Assembly: GCA_038325465.1 (NCBI GenBank)
Contig: JBBQJA010000001.1
Span: 148,499 to 212,498, forward strand
Reading direction: 5' to 3'
Length of the DNA stretch: 64,000 nt
DNA from: Hyphomicrobiales bacterium
GTDB lineage: Bacteria > Pseudomonadota > Alphaproteobacteria > Rhizobiales > Rhizobiaceae
Of the stretch, positions 47,613-59,577 are shown in pieces (positions within the stretch are counted from its first letter, which is position 1; each line of letters begins with the position of its first letter). The notes below the pieces were generated by a model. The model searched no databases. It was not told the DNA's origin and was given only the letters and a program-made list of their open reading frames with translations. The translations under genes were made by a program, and so were the position numbers.

Positions 47613-48989
47613 ATGGCACAGAATTGGTCTCCTTCGAGCTGGCGCGCAAAACCCGTGCAGCAGGCACCTGACTATCCGGATGCGGTTGCGCTGAAGGCGA
47701 CCGAAGCGCGGCTGGCCAAGTTTCCGCCGCTGGTGTTTGCGGGCGAGGCGCGGCGGCTCAAGAGCGTGCTTGGCAATGTGGCAGAGGGCCGCGGTTTTGT
47801 GCTGCAGGGTGGCGACTGCGCCGAAAGTTTCGCAGAACACGAGGCCGACAATATCCGGGATTTCTTCCGCGTGTTCCTGCAGATGGCGGTGGTGCTGACG
47901 TTCGGTGCCCAGCAGCCCGTGGTCAAGATCGGCCGCATCGCCGGCCAGTTCGCCAAGCCGCGTTCGGCCAACATGGAGCGTCAGGGCGATGTGGAGCTGC
48001 CGAGCTATCGGGGCGACATCGTCAACGGCATCGAGTTCAACGAAGAGGCGCGTATTCCCAATCCGGAACGCCAGATCATGGCATACCGGCAATCTGCCGC
48101 CACGCTCAACCTGTTGCGCGCCTTCGCGCAAGGCGGCTATGCCAATCTCGACAATGTGCATCGCTGGATGCTGGGTTTCGTGAAGGACAGCCCGCAAGCC
48201 GAGCGCTACCGCATGCTGGCAGACCGCATCACCGAAACCATGGATTTCATGAAGGCCATCGGGATCACGCCGGAAAACCATCCCGGCCTGCGCGAGACCG
48301 ATTTCTTCACCAGCCATGAAGCGTTGCTGCTCGGCTATGAGGAAGCCATGACCCGGGTGGATTCGACCTCCGGCGATTATTACGCCACATCCGGCCACAT
48401 GATCTGGATCGGCGACCGCACCCGCCAGACCGACCACGCGCATGTGGAATTCTGCCGTGGCATCAAAAACCCGATCGGCCTCAAGTGCGGACCGTCGCTC
48501 ACCGCCGATGACCTGCTGACGCTGATCGACATGCTCAATCCCGCCAACGAGCCGGGTCGGCTGACGCTGATTGCCCGGTTCGGCCATGACAAGGTGGCCG
48601 AGCACCTGCCGCGCCTCATCCGCGCTGTCGAGCGTGAAGGCCGCAAGGTTGTCTGGTCCTGCGACCCGATGCACGGCAACACCATTTCGCTCGCCGGTTA
48701 CAAGACCCGGCCTTTCGAGCGGATCCTGTCGGAGGTGGACTCGTTTTTCCAGATCCACCGCGCCGAGGGCACCCATCCCGGCGGCATCCACATCGAGATG
48801 ACCGGCTCCAATGTCACCGAATGCACCGGCGGTGCCCGCGCGCTGTCGGGCGACGACCTGTCGGCGCGCTACCACACCCATTGCGACCCGCGCCTCAACG
48901 CCGATCAGGCGCTCGAACTGGCCTTCCTGGTGGCCGAGCGCATGAAGGGCGGCCGCGACGCTGAACGGGCAGTGGCCGTCAACGGCTGA
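47613..48989 (+). CDS. Class II (plant-like) 3-deoxy-7-phosphoheptulonate (DAHP) synthase
   Basis: 458 aa. The start [23 protein letters not shown] and motifs [22 protein letters not shown] and IWIGDRTR are typical of class II DAHPS. Confidence 0.9.
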   Translation: MAQNWSPSSWRAKPVQQAPDYPDAVALKATEARLAKFPPLVFAGEARRLKSVLGNVAEGRGFVLQGGDCAESFAEHEADNIRDFFRVFLQMAVVLTFGAQQPVVKIGRIAGQFAKPRSANMERQGDVELPSYRGDIVNGIEFNEEARIPNPERQIMAYRQSAATLNLLRAFAQGGYANLDNVHRWMLGFVKDSPQAERYRMLADRITETMDFMKAIGITPENHPGLRETDFFTSHEALLLGYEEAMTRVDSTSGDYYATSGHMIWIGDRTRQTDHAHVEFCRGIKNPIGLKCGPSLTADDLLTLIDMLNPANEPGRLTLIARFGHDKVAEHLPRLIRAVEREGRKVVWSCDPMHGNTISLAGYKTRPFERILSEVDSFFQIHRAEGTHPGGIHIEMTGSNVTECTGGARALSGDDLSARYHTHCDPRLNADQALELAFLVAERMKGGRDAERAVAVNG

Positions 48990-49048
48990 CAATCGGGATC
49001 ATCGGGAAGATTTGCTGGCGAGCGTGGAACAAGAGACTGCGCCGAAGC

Positions 49049-49691
49049 GGTGAATGACTGCGTGGACGGAAGCGTCAGAGGGTCCGGCAAAGACTGGTTC
49101 TCCCGGCTCACGGATGCTCGCCTGCTGGATGCCGGATCAAGTCCGGCATGACGGGAGATTATGGTGATCGCACGTCGGCCCCCACCTTCCGTCACCCCGG
49201 CATGACGGAGATCGAGGTGATCGCGCGTCGGCCCCCACACTCCGTCACCCCGGCCTTGAGCCGGGGTCCAGCGACTGCGCGTCCGCGCGGTGAATGACTG
49301 CGTGGACGCAAGCGCCCGAGGGTCCGGCAAAGACAGGTTCTCCCGGCTCACGGATGCTCGCCTGCTGGATGCCGGATCAAGTCCGGCATGACGGAGATCG
49401 AGGTAATCGCGCGTCGGCCCCCACCTTCAGTCACCCCGGCATGACGGAGATCGAGGTGATCGCGCGTCGGCCCCCACACTCCGTCACCCCGGCCTTGAGC
49501 CGGGGTCCAGCCAACGCGCGTCGGCCCCCACCTTCCGTCACCCCGGCCTTGAGCCGGGGTCCAGCCACCGCGCGTCGGCGCGGTGAATGACTGCGTGGAC
49601 GGAAGCGCCCGAGGGTCCGGCAAAGACAGGTTCTCCCGGCTCACGGATGCTCGCCTGCTGGATGCCGGATCAAGTCCGGCATGACGGGAGA

Positions 49692-49700
<9 letters not shown>
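49049..49700. repeat. REP/BIME-like mosaic repeat block
   Basis: A roughly 110-bp core (GGTGAATGACTGCGTGGACG..GCCGGATCAAGTCCGGCATGACGG) starts at 49049, 49289 and 49582. The cores are separated by variable numbers of about 45-bp sub-repeats. The sub-repeats carry hairpins CCCCGGCCTTGAGCCGGGG and GCCGGATCAAGTCCGGC. Confidence 0.9.
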
Positions 49701-50480
<780 letters not shown>

Positions 50481-50550
50481 GCGAAAGCGTGAAATGCAAG
50501 CGGGCGACGCTGGTTGACTCGAGTGGTCTGCCTGACACTCTGTTCCGAGG

Positions 50551-50656
50551 GAGAATGCAATTCCTGCGAGAGTGGCACCGCTTTTGCGTCCGGAATTGCT
50601 TCAAAACAAGAGGAGGGAGCTATTCCGGCGATTCTGCCACACCGGAAACGCTTTAG
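50551..50656 (-). repeat. Family B element, copy B5 (diverged)
   Basis: GAGAATGCAATTCCTGCGAGAGTGGCACCGCTTTTGCGTCCGGAATTGC..GAGCTATTCCGGCG... It lies about 105 nt downstream of the LTA-synthase-like stop, on the same strand. Confidence 0.75.
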
Positions 50657-50760
50657 CGGATCGGATAAGACATCTGGTCCGCGTCTGAAACCAGATCTCG
50701 GGTTTGCAAAAAAGCCCGCTCGGCTCCAGAACCCGTCGCTCGTCGGTCAGGGCGCGGCGG

Positions 50761-52701
50761 TCAGAACCCGGTCGCCCGCGTCAACGGATGGGCGGGGAAG
50801 AAGCGGGCAGCCCCATGGCGCTCGCCAAACATCACATCATATTGCACATTCCGGAAGTCTCTGAGCAGCGGATCGATGGCGGGCTTGCGGGCCCAATCGG
50901 TCGTTGCGCCACCGTCGGCGTCCATGAGTAGATAGCGGTCGACGACGTCGTAGCGCTCATGCACGCGGCCGAGCAGGCCGGTGTAGAACGGATGGTCATA
51001 CCCCGCCATCCTGAGCACATGATAGGGCAGGAATGCGGGGCTGATCGAGCCGAGATCGTTGAGCGCGCCGACCCGGTTCGACCAGATGACAAGCGGCGTC
51101 TCGTGCTCCTTCTTCATGCGCTCGGGCGTCGCCTTGCGGGCTGCGGTCTTGAACGGCATGTAACCAGATTGCGTGTAGACGCTCGTGAGCGGCGGCAGAT
51201 GATCGCCGAACAGCACGATGATGGTTTCGCGGTCGCGCCTGGACGCCCAGTCGATCAGCAGCCTGAAGGCGCCGTCGGACTCCTTGATGCCATGGGCGAA
51301 CGTCGACAGCATTCTGGTCTCTGCAGCCCCGGCCAGGCCTTCCACCTTGATCGCCTCGCGCGGGTATCGCCCGGCTTCATAAGGCCCGTGCCCCTGCAGC
51401 GTGACGACGAAGAAGAAAAAGGGACCGGTCTGCTTGTCTGCCTGATGGATGATCTCCCTGGTGAGTGCCGCGTCCGCGGGAAAATTGCCGCGCATCTCCA
51501 GAGCGGGCAGCGCGTTGACGTCCTTGAAGGTTTCAAAACCGAGCGCTTTGTAGGCAGCCGTGCGGTTCCAGAACCAGCCCTCATAGGGATGGATCGCCTC
51601 GGTGGCATATCCCTCACTGCGAAAGAAGGTGGCGAGCGAGGGCAGGTCGTCGCGGATATATTGCTGATAGGGGATGCTGCCTGTCGGAAGGAAGGCATTG
51701 GAAAAACCGGTCAGCGCCTCGAACTCGACATTGGCGGTGAGCCCGCCGAACTCGGGCGAGAAAATGTCGCCCGTCTGATGTGCGCGGATTGTCGGCATCG
51801 GATCGGGCGTCAGCGTCACGCCCGTCATGCGCGTCGGATCCCAGAGGGATTCGCTCATCACCAGGATCACATCGGGTTTTGAGCGGTGCGAGGTTCCGGC
51901 CGGCGTGCGGCTTGTCGGAATGTCGGCGATCGCATCGGCCGAATAGCCCGACGGTGCCTGCACATTGGCCATGGGAAGATTGATGAGGAAGGCGAGAAGA
52001 AACCCGTTGTGGCGGTAGTTCTCCGTCTGGTCCCACAGGATCGGATAGATGCGCAGGCGGTCACGGGTTTCGGACCAGGAGTTGTAATCCATGATCGAGA
52101 TGAAACCGGCCAGGACCGGCAGGCCAATGGCGATGCGGGCAAGGCGTTCGCCCGCGCCAAGGCGTCGGAAACGGCGCCATCCATAGATCCAAAGCGCGCC
52201 AAGGCCAACCAGGCCGCCCAGAAGGCCGAAGGCTGCAGCGACCGCCGTCCACGGTCGATCTTCGACAAGGGCGGGCATCAGCTCCAGTATCTGCCGCCCG
52301 AAGAGCAGATCGGTTGGGTAAAGCGGATCGGTGAGGAAGACCTGCTTCTGAACCGACATGGCGGCGATGAAAAAGAAAGCCGGGGCGAGAATGAGTGCGC
52401 CCTTGTGCTCGCGTCCGAGAACTGCGTCGACGACCAGGAAGGTGGCAAGAACAACCCAGGTGATCGTCCAGGCGGGTTGGCCGCGGTTTGTGAAATAGCT
52501 CAGCGTATCGGCCAGGGGCTTGCCGGCGATGACCTCAACCCCGGCCACGGTGGCGACCGCAAGACCGACACTGGCAACGAGCCATCGGAGGTGCGTCGAC
52601 GCACGGCGGATCGCTGGTCCTGATGCCGAGACCCGGTCTCTGAGGGGCGACGCGATGACATCAGGGGCGGATGCGGTGACACCGCGGGGGGAAACGGCCA
52701 A
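50761..52701 (-). CDS. LTA-synthase / sulfatase-family membrane protein (phosphoglycerol- or phosphoethanolamine-transferase-like)
   Basis: Five or so N-terminal TM helices are followed by an alkaline-phosphatase-superfamily domain (PDVILVMSESLWDP, HGPY). The only in-frame start before TM1 is TTG 52701. Confidence 0.75.
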   Translation of the reverse strand: MAVSPRGVTASAPDVIASPLRDRVSASGPAIRRASTHLRWLVASVGLAVATVAGVEVIAGKPLADTLSYFTNRGQPAWTITWVVLATFLVVDAVLGREHKGALILAPAFFFIAAMSVQKQVFLTDPLYPTDLLFGRQILELMPALVEDRPWTAVAAAFGLLGGLVGLGALWIYGWRRFRRLGAGERLARIAIGLPVLAGFISIMDYNSWSETRDRLRIYPILWDQTENYRHNGFLLAFLINLPMANVQAPSGYSADAIADIPTSRTPAGTSHRSKPDVILVMSESLWDPTRMTGVTLTPDPMPTIRAHQTGDIFSPEFGGLTANVEFEALTGFSNAFLPTGSIPYQQYIRDDLPSLATFFRSEGYATEAIHPYEGWFWNRTAAYKALGFETFKDVNALPALEMRGNFPADAALTREIIHQADKQTGPFFFFVVTLQGHGPYEAGRYPREAIKVEGLAGAAETRMLSTFAHGIKESDGAFRLLIDWASRRDRETIIVLFGDHLPPLTSVYTQSGYMPFKTAARKATPERMKKEHETPLVIWSNRVGALNDLGSISPAFLPYHVLRMAGYDHPFYTGLLGRVHERYDVVDRYLLMDADGGATTDWARKPAIDPLLRDFRNVQYDVMFGERHGAARFFPAHPLTRATGF

Positions 52702-52972
52702 GCCAGACTCCAGATTTCACAAAAGCTTCGCATCAGTGTCATATAAGTGTCATTGAGAACAGGCGATGAACGGCCTCGAATCGGCTTTGTTCCAGTTTTT
52801 CGGGCGGTTTTTTTGAGATGGTTGTGCGCAATTCGTCACAGCATGACGGCGCGGGGCTGCTGCGCGGTCGCCTTCATTTGCAAACTGTCCAACTTGTTCT
52901 AAACAGGCAGGCGTGTCGCCTCGCGCCATGCGAGGCTTGACGCAACGCCACCGCAAGCACCGGGCTCCGAGC

Positions 52973-54658
52973 ATGAGTGATACCGACCGACCCACTGTCC
53001 TGCGCATCGCCGTCGCCCAGCTCAACCCGACAGTTGGCGACGTGACGGGCAACCTTGCCAAGGCGCGCGAGGCGCGTGCGGAAGCCGCCCGCCATGGGGC
53101 GGACCTTGTTTTGTTCACAGAGCTCTTCATCGCGGGCTATCCACCCGAAGACCTCGTGCTCAAGCCGGCTTTTCTCGCTGCCTGCCGCAAGGCGGTCGAG
53201 GACCTGGCGTCCGACACCGCCGACGCCGGGCCTGCCGTCATCATCGGCTATCCCCGGCAGGATGGCGACCAGAGATACAATTCCATGGCGGTGCTTGATG
53301 GCGGCGGACTGATCGCTACCCGCGACAAGGTAGACCTTCCCAATTACGGCGAATTCGATGAAAAGCGCGTCTTCGATCCAGGTGCGATGCCGGGGCCGGT
53401 GGCGGTGCGCGGTGTTCGGCTCGGCATTCCCGTCTGCGAGGACATCTGGGGAGATCTCGGCGTCTGCGAGACTTTGGCCGAAAGCGGGGCGGAAATTCTT
53501 CTCGTCCCCAATGGGTCGCCCTATTATCGCGGCAAGGCTGACATCCGCCAGCAGGTGGTGATCCGGCAGATCATCGAAAGCGGCCTGCCGCTTCTCTATG
53601 CCAATCAGGTCGGCGGACAGGACGAACTTGTCTTCGACGGCGCAAGCTTTGCGCTCAATTCAGACCAGACGCTGGCCTTCCAGATGAGCCAGTTCGAGGA
53701 AGCCGTAGTGGTCACCACCTGGCGGCGCGATCACAACGGAATTGAAGGCTGGACCTGCGCGGGCGGGCCGATGTCGGTGCTGGCGGATCGTGAGGAGGCG
53801 GACTACCGCGCCTGCATGCTCGGGCTTCGCGATTACGTCAACAAGAATGGCTTCAAGACGGTGGTGCTGGGATTGTCCGGCGGTATCGATTCGGCGGTCT
53901 GCGCTGCGCTTGCGGTGGATGCGCTGGGCGAAGAGCGGTTGCGCGCAGTCATGATGCCCTATCGCCACACCTCGCAAAGCTCGATCCTGGACGCGGAAGC
54001 CTGCGCCCGGGCGCTTGGCTGCCGCTACGACGTGGTGGCCATCGAGGACCCGGTCTCGGGATTTCTGTCAGCGCTCGGCGAGCTATTCGAGGGCACCGAG
54101 GACGGCATCACCGAGGAAAATCTCCAGAGCCGCGCCCGCGGCACAATCCTGATGGCGATCTCCAACAAGTTTGGTTCCATGGTGGTGACGACGGGCAACA
54201 AGTCGGAGATGTCGGTGGGCTATGCCACACTTTACGGCGACATGAACGGCGGCTTCAATCCCATCAAGGACCTCTACAAGATGCAGGTCTATGCCCTGTC
54301 GCGCTGGCGCAACGCGCATGTTCCGCCCGGCGCGCTGGGGCCATCGGGTGAGGTCATACCGGTGTCGATCATCGACAAGCCACCTTCAGCGGAGCTGCGC
54401 CCCAACCAGACCGACCAGGATTCGCTCCCGCCCTATGCGGTGCTCGACGACATCCTTGAGTGCCTCATTGAACACGAAATGGGAGTCGAGAGCATCGTCG
54501 CCCGTGGCCATGACGTGGCCACCGTGCACCGTATCGAGCATCTGCTTTACATTGCGGAATACAAGCGTCGGCAATCGGCACCGGGCGTCAAGATCACCCG
54601 CAAGAACTTCGGCCGCGACCGCCGCTACCCGATCACCAACCGGTTCCGGGACCGCTGA
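52973..54658 (+). CDS. nadE: Glutamine-dependent NAD+ synthetase
   Basis: ATG 52973. An N-terminal CN-hydrolase domain (LRIAVAQLNP.., CEDIW) is followed by the NAD-synthetase ATP-PPase motif LGLSGGIDSAV. 561 aa. Confidence 0.9.
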   Translation: MSDTDRPTVLRIAVAQLNPTVGDVTGNLAKAREARAEAARHGADLVLFTELFIAGYPPEDLVLKPAFLAACRKAVEDLASDTADAGPAVIIGYPRQDGDQRYNSMAVLDGGGLIATRDKVDLPNYGEFDEKRVFDPGAMPGPVAVRGVRLGIPVCEDIWGDLGVCETLAESGAEILLVPNGSPYYRGKADIRQQVVIRQIIESGLPLLYANQVGGQDELVFDGASFALNSDQTLAFQMSQFEEAVVVTTWRRDHNGIEGWTCAGGPMSVLADREEADYRACMLGLRDYVNKNGFKTVVLGLSGGIDSAVCAALAVDALGEERLRAVMMPYRHTSQSSILDAEACARALGCRYDVVAIEDPVSGFLSALGELFEGTEDGITEENLQSRARGTILMAISNKFGSMVVTTGNKSEMSVGYATLYGDMNGGFNPIKDLYKMQVYALSRWRNAHVPPGALGPSGEVIPVSIIDKPPSAELRPNQTDQDSLPPYAVLDDILECLIEHEMGVESIVARGHDVATVHRIEHLLYIAEYKRRQSAPGVKITRKNFGRDRRYPITNRFRDR

Positions 54659-54691
54659 CCCGAAGCCCTGTGATTGTCAAAGTCGCCGACG

Positions 54692-55849
54692 TTACCTGAA
54701 GATCCGGTCCGTGTTGGCTCTGAGATCGAGCGCCTCGGATTCTTCAGGCAGGAAGGCCGGACCGACGACGCGGATATGCCGATCCTGTGGTCCGATGCTG
54801 CGCGCGTTGCGGCTCGACGCTGCGACGGCGGCCATATCCTCCTGCGACAGATTGGCGTCGAGGTTGGCGATGGTCTCGGGATCTTCTCCCGGATCCGGGC
54901 GTCGGGTCGGCTTGACCCAGGTGGTCACCGAAGGCTCTTCGGTGACCGTGCCTTGCAGCAGCGCTTCACGCCGCGCCATTTCCTTGTAGAAGGCGCTCAT
55001 GTTGCAGCTGCACGCCTTTGACATGGGCACAGAGACATTGCGGTAGGCGAAGGCGGTGGGCAACGCGGTGTAGGGTTGGCGGTCCCGGACCGAGAGCATC
55101 TCCGCGCTTTCCTGGTCGGGCACGCTGTGGAAATACAGCTCGGCCCCGGTGCCGGGGCACATCATCTTGCAGGCGCGTTCGTCGCGGGCGAAATCGGTGG
55201 GTGTGGCGGCAGACGAAATCGGGAAGAAATAGCCATCGCACGTTCGCACACACAGTGTGCGGATATTGCCGTAACCGGTTCCGGCCGGTTCCACGACGAT
55301 GCGGGGTGCGAGCGTTTGGGTCTTGCCGCCGCTGTCGCCGAGAACCGCCACGAGGCCGGGGCTTTCCGGTCTGACCGGCTGCGTGGTCGGCTCGCCGGTT
55401 GCGGAACGGGTCACGGTCGAGCGGCCGTCGCACACGTTTGCGCGCAGAGCCGCCTTGATGCGGCGCTTGGCGGTGGAGCTTCCGCGCGCTGCAAAGGAGT
55501 CGCGCTTTCGCTCAAGCGCCGCCAGATTGCCTTGCATCTTGTTGAGCGCATTGGACAATTTTTCGCAAGAATCGGCATTCTTGCCGCCCAGAACCACAAA
55601 ACTACCCGAAGTACAACCGAAGCGCTTGAGATCGGAGCGGACTTTGCGCAACTGGCCTTCCTGCATGGCGACCGCTTTGGCATAGCGGCGATAATTGCTT
55701 GACGAACCCGGCGCGGTCGACGCACTCGCAAGTTGGGCTTCAAGCCTGCTGCAGACCGCCGACGCGACAGCCAGTGATGACGCGGCGAGCGAACTTGCCA
55801 CGGTCAGCACCAGAAGGGTGGTGACGCTCCAACGGCTCTGCATGGACAC
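54692..55849 (-). CDS. DUF2865 domain-containing secreted protein
   Basis: It has a signal peptide, a coiled N-region and the Cys-rich block CVRTCDGYFFPIS..ACKMMCPG typical of DUF2865. Confidence 0.7.
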   Translation of the reverse strand: MSMQSRWSVTTLLVLTVASSLAASSLAVASAVCSRLEAQLASASTAPGSSSNYRRYAKAVAMQEGQLRKVRSDLKRFGCTSGSFVVLGGKNADSCEKLSNALNKMQGNLAALERKRDSFAARGSSTAKRRIKAALRANVCDGRSTVTRSATGEPTTQPVRPESPGLVAVLGDSGGKTQTLAPRIVVEPAGTGYGNIRTLCVRTCDGYFFPISSAATPTDFARDERACKMMCPGTGAELYFHSVPDQESAEMLSVRDRQPYTALPTAFAYRNVSVPMSKACSCNMSAFYKEMARREALLQGTVTEEPSVTTWVKPTRRPDPGEDPETIANLDANLSQEDMAAVAASSRNARSIGPQDRHIRVVGPAFLPEESEALDLRANTDRIFR

Positions 55850-56020
55850 TCCGGTGTGTTTCAGTGACGCTCGCGACCCTGATCCTGGCCGTCGTCCCGA
55901 ACTCTATCCGGTCACAGTCTACTCTCCAACACCAAACGAGTGTTTACCTTAATCCGGAAATCCGGCACCGCAAGACGGCAATTCTTGTGGGCCCGCGTCT
56001 TTCAGGGGCGGCGTCGGGCT

Positions 56021-58330
56021 TCAGGAGGACGCCTCGACCACCGCCAATGTTGCCATGTTGACCACGCCACGGGAGGTGACGGAGGGCGACAGGATATGGG
56101 CAGGCAGCGCGGCTCCGAGCAGGATCGGCCCCACATGCAGCGCATCGGTCAAGGTCTTGACCACGCCGAGCGTGATGTTGGCCGCGTCAAGATTGGGGAA
56201 GACCAGCAGGTTGGCTTCGCCTTTGAGCGTGCTGTCGGGCATCACGCGTCGACGCAAAATCTCTGAAATGGCCGAATCGCCATGCATCTCGCCATCGGCT
56301 TCGAGATCCGGGGCCATCTCGCGCAGAATGGCGGCGGCGCGGCGCATCTTGGTGGCGCTGTCGGAATCGCGTGAGCCGAAATTGGAGTGAGACACCAGCG
56401 CTGCCTTGGGCACGAGGCCAAATCGTCGGATCTCCTCGGCCGCCATGATGGTAGTTTCGGCGATTTCCTCGGCTGTGGGATTGAGCGACACATAGGTGTC
56501 GGTCATGAACAGCGCGCCGCGCTGTGAAATGACCAGGCTCAGAGCAGAGAATTCGATTATGCCGCCCTTCTTGCCGATGATCTGGGAGACGTCGCGCAGG
56601 TGGCGGGCGTAGCGGCCTTCCAGGCCGCAGATCAGCGCGTCGGCCTCGCCGCGCCTGACGGCGAGTGCGCCGATGACGGTCGAGTTGGTGCGCACGATGG
56701 TGCGGGCGGCTTCGGGAATGACGCCGCTGCGGCCGACGAGGGCGAGGTAATCGTCAACATAGTCGCGGAACCGCGGGTCGTCTTCCGGATTGATCACCTC
56801 GAAATCGGTGCCTGGGCGGACGCGCAGGCCGAAGCGCGCGAGGCGGGCCTCGATGATGGCCGGGCGGCCGATCAGAATGGGACACGCCGTGCCTTCCTCA
56901 AGCAAAACCTGGGCTGCCCGAAGCACCCGCTCGTCCTCACCTTCGGCGAAGATGACGCGCTTGTTGGCGGCGGTCTTTGCAGCCGTAAACAGCGGCTTCA
57001 TGATGAGACCCGACCGGAAGACGAAGCGGTTGAGTTGGTCCGCATAGGCGGCCATGTCCGTGATGGGCCTTCGGGCGACGCCGGTCTCTGCTGCCGCCGT
57101 GGCCACCGCGGGCGCAATGCGCAGAATGAGGCGCTGGTCGAAGGGCGAGGGGATAAGATAATCTGGACCGAAGACGGGCGTCTCGCTGGAATAGGCGCGC
57201 GCGGCGATATCGGAGGGCTCTTCCCGGGCCAGCGCGGCGATGGCCCGGACAGCCGCCATCTTCATCTCTTCGTTAATGGTGCGTGCGCCGCAATCGAGCG
57301 CTCCGCGGAAGATGTAGGGAAAGCACAGAACGTTGTTGACCTGATTGGGAAAATCGGACCGGCCGGTGCAGATCATCGCATCCGGGCGGGCGCGCCGCGC
57401 CAGTTCCGGCATGATTTCCGGATTGGGGTTGGCAAGGGCCAGGATGAGCGGCCTGGGGGCCATGGTCTCGAGCATTTCGGGCTTGAGCACGTCTGCCGCC
57501 GACAGGCCGAGGAAAATGTCGGCACCATGGATGGATTGCGAAAGCATGCGATTGGTCGAAGGCTGGGCATAGATGGATTTCCACTCGTCCATCAGCACCT
57601 CGCGTCCCTCAAAGACGAGGCCTTCAAGGTCGTGCACCCAGATGTTCTCGCGTCTCGCGCCGAGCGCCACCAGCAGATTGAGGCAGGCAAGGGCAGCGGC
57701 ACCCGCCCCGGAGGTGACGATCTTGGCGGAGGCGAGGGATTTTCCGGCAAGTTCAAGTCCGTTGAGGATGGCGGCCGCCACGATGATGGCGGTGCCGTGC
57801 TGATCGTCGTGGAAGACGGGAATGTCCATAAGCGCGCGCAGCTGGCGCTCGACCTCGAAACATTCCGGAGCCTTGATGTCCTCAAGATTGATACCGCCGA
57901 AGGTGGGCTCGAGCGCTGATATGACGCTGACCATGCGCTCGACGTCGGGAGCGGCGATCTCGATATCGAAGACGTCGATGCCTGCAAATTTCTTGAACAG
58001 CACCGCCTTGCCTTCCATCACCGGCTTTGAGGCAAGCGGGCCGATGTTGCCAAGGCCAAGCACCGCCGACCCGTTGGAAACAACGGCCACCAGGTTGGCG
58101 CGCGCGGTGTAGTCGGCGGCGAGATCGGGATTGTCGCGGATCGCAAGACAGGGTGCTGCCACACCCGGTGAATAGGCAAGCGCCAGGTCGCGCTGATTGC
58201 CCAGCGGCTTGGTGGCCTGAATTTCCAGTTTTCCGGGGCGCGGATACTTGTGGTAGAACAGCGCGTTCTCGTCGAGATCTCCGCTGACCGGCTTGGGGTC
58301 ATTGGGTCGCTTGGTGTCCTTGGCAGTCAT
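56021..58330 (-). CDS. maeB: Chimeric malic enzyme (malic enzyme domain plus phosphotransacetylase-like C-terminal domain)
   Basis: ATG 58330 gives [24 protein letters not shown] motifs are present ([34 protein letters not shown]), followed by a PTA-like domain of about 330 aa. NAD versus NADP specificity cannot be judged by eye. Confidence 0.85.
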   Translation of the reverse strand: MTAKDTKRPNDPKPVSGDLDENALFYHKYPRPGKLEIQATKPLGNQRDLALAYSPGVAAPCLAIRDNPDLAADYTARANLVAVVSNGSAVLGLGNIGPLASKPVMEGKAVLFKKFAGIDVFDIEIAAPDVERMVSVISALEPTFGGINLEDIKAPECFEVERQLRALMDIPVFHDDQHGTAIIVAAAILNGLELAGKSLASAKIVTSGAGAAALACLNLLVALGARRENIWVHDLEGLVFEGREVLMDEWKSIYAQPSTNRMLSQSIHGADIFLGLSAADVLKPEMLETMAPRPLILALANPNPEIMPELARRARPDAMICTGRSDFPNQVNNVLCFPYIFRGALDCGARTINEEMKMAAVRAIAALAREEPSDIAARAYSSETPVFGPDYLIPSPFDQRLILRIAPAVATAAAETGVARRPITDMAAYADQLNRFVFRSGLIMKPLFTAAKTAANKRVIFAEGEDERVLRAAQVLLEEGTACPILIGRPAIIEARLARFGLRVRPGTDFEVINPEDDPRFRDYVDDYLALVGRSGVIPEAARTIVRTNSTVIGALAVRRGEADALICGLEGRYARHLRDVSQIIGKKGGIIEFSALSLVISQRGALFMTDTYVSLNPTAEEIAETTIMAAEEIRRFGLVPKAALVSHSNFGSRDSDSATKMRRAAAILREMAPDLEADGEMHGDSAISEILRRRVMPDSTLKGEANLLVFPNLDAANITLGVVKTLTDALHVGPILLGAALPAHILSPSVTSRGVVNMATLAVVEASS

Positions 58331-58351
58331 GGCAGACCCTTCCCCCGGTCT

Positions 58352-58427
58352 CGTGGAGTGAATTTGACATTTGGCCTCTAATTCCAGCGCGTGCGAAGCC
58401 AAAGCTCGAGGTCGTAAAATCCACTGG
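58352..58427. repeat. Family C palindromic element, copy C2
   Basis: ..GTGGAGTGAATTTGACATTTGG....AAAATCCACTGG. It starts 22 nt upstream of the malic-enzyme start and lies downstream of the FAH stop. Confidence 0.7.
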
Positions 58428-58442
58428 AACAGCAGTCTTTGA

Positions 58443-59282
58443 TCAGGCGCTGCGCCGAACCACTTTCTGAGTTTGTACGCCGAGACGCGAAATGCCGAGC
58501 GTCATGACATCACCTTCCACGAGATAGCGGGGCGGCTTCATGCCCATGCCAACGCCCGGCGGCGTGCCGGTGGTGATGACGTCGCCGGGCATCAGAACCA
58601 TGTGGTGCGACAGGTAGGAGACGATTTCGTCGACGGCGAAGATCATTGTGCTGGTGCTGCCGGTCTGCTGGCGCTTGCCGTTGATGTCGAGAAACAGGTC
58701 GAGGCCCTGCGGGTCTCCAACCTCGTCTGCCGTTACCAGCCAAGGGCCGAGCGGGCCGAAACTGGGCGCGCTCTTGCCTTTCATCCACTGACCGGTGCCT
58801 TCGATCTGCCAGGCCCGCTCCGACACATCGTTGCAGACCATATAGCCAAAGACATGGGCAAGCGCGTCTTCCTTTTGCAAGTGATCGGCCTGACGGCCGA
58901 TAACGACGGCAAGTTCGACCTCCCAGTCGGTTTTCTGAGATGTTGGGGGGAGGACGACATCGTCGTCAGGGCCCGAGACCGAGCTCGGGGCCTTGGAGAA
59001 GACAATCGGCTCCTTGGGAACCGGCATGCCCGATTCGGCCGCGTGGTCGGCATAATTCAGGCCGATGGCGATGAAATGCCCCGTACAGGCGAGCGGAGAC
59101 CCGAGACGGCCGGCGGGCAAGGACGGCAGCGATTTCGGGTCGATCGTCTTGAGCAGGTCTGCAAGCGCATGCAGGGTGGCAGGCGTGATATCGGAGATGT
59201 GGCCGGAGAGATCCGCATAGCCGAATTCTGTGGCGATGGCGGGTTTTTCTGCGCCCCGGGCGCCGACGCGGACGAGTTTCAT
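58443..59282 (-). CDS. Fumarylacetoacetate hydrolase (FAH) family protein
   Basis: 279 aa. FAH-fold motifs are present (GLNYADHAAE, EVELAVVIG, GDVITTGTPPGVG). Confidence 0.85.
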   Translation of the reverse strand: MKLVRVGARGAEKPAIATEFGYADLSGHISDITPATLHALADLLKTIDPKSLPSLPAGRLGSPLACTGHFIAIGLNYADHAAESGMPVPKEPIVFSKAPSSVSGPDDDVVLPPTSQKTDWEVELAVVIGRQADHLQKEDALAHVFGYMVCNDVSERAWQIEGTGQWMKGKSAPSFGPLGPWLVTADEVGDPQGLDLFLDINGKRQQTGSTSTMIFAVDEIVSYLSHHMVLMPGDVITTGTPPGVGMGMKPPRYLVEGDVMTLGISRLGVQTQKVVRRSA

Positions 59283-59310
59283 GCGGGTTCTCCAATCAGG
59301 ACTGCGGTCT

Positions 59311-59390
59311 CAAGTGGATTGAATTTCACATCTGGCAGCCGTTCTCAGAGAGTCCGAAACCACATGTCAAAATTTGCGAAAATCCACTCG
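59311..59390. repeat. Family C palindromic element, copy C3
   Basis: CAAGTGGATTGAATTTCACATCTGG....CACATGTCAAAATTTGCGAAAATCCACTCG. It starts 29 nt upstream of the FAH start. Confidence 0.7.
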
Positions 59391-59577
59391 AATGAAAAAT
59401 CTGCGGGTGGTTCTTCTCACTCCAAGACAGGCGCATGCGAGTAAGGCGACACCGTGCCGATGCTGGAATCAAACCACTGTGTCCCCGGTTTAGCCAAGCA
59501 ATGGCCGCAAGGGAATGGCGAACCCGTCATTTTCCGTCGAAACAGTTTTGCTTGAAACAGCGCACTGCCCCCGACGA

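Noticed and set aside
50705-50724. Intrinsic terminator after the LTA-synthase-like gene (..AGCCGAGCGGGCTTTTTTGC on the minus strand)
   Set aside because: A T-run is present, but the best stem I can draw is only 4 bp (AGCC/GGCT). That is too weak to call. The family B copy further downstream is the better terminator candidate.
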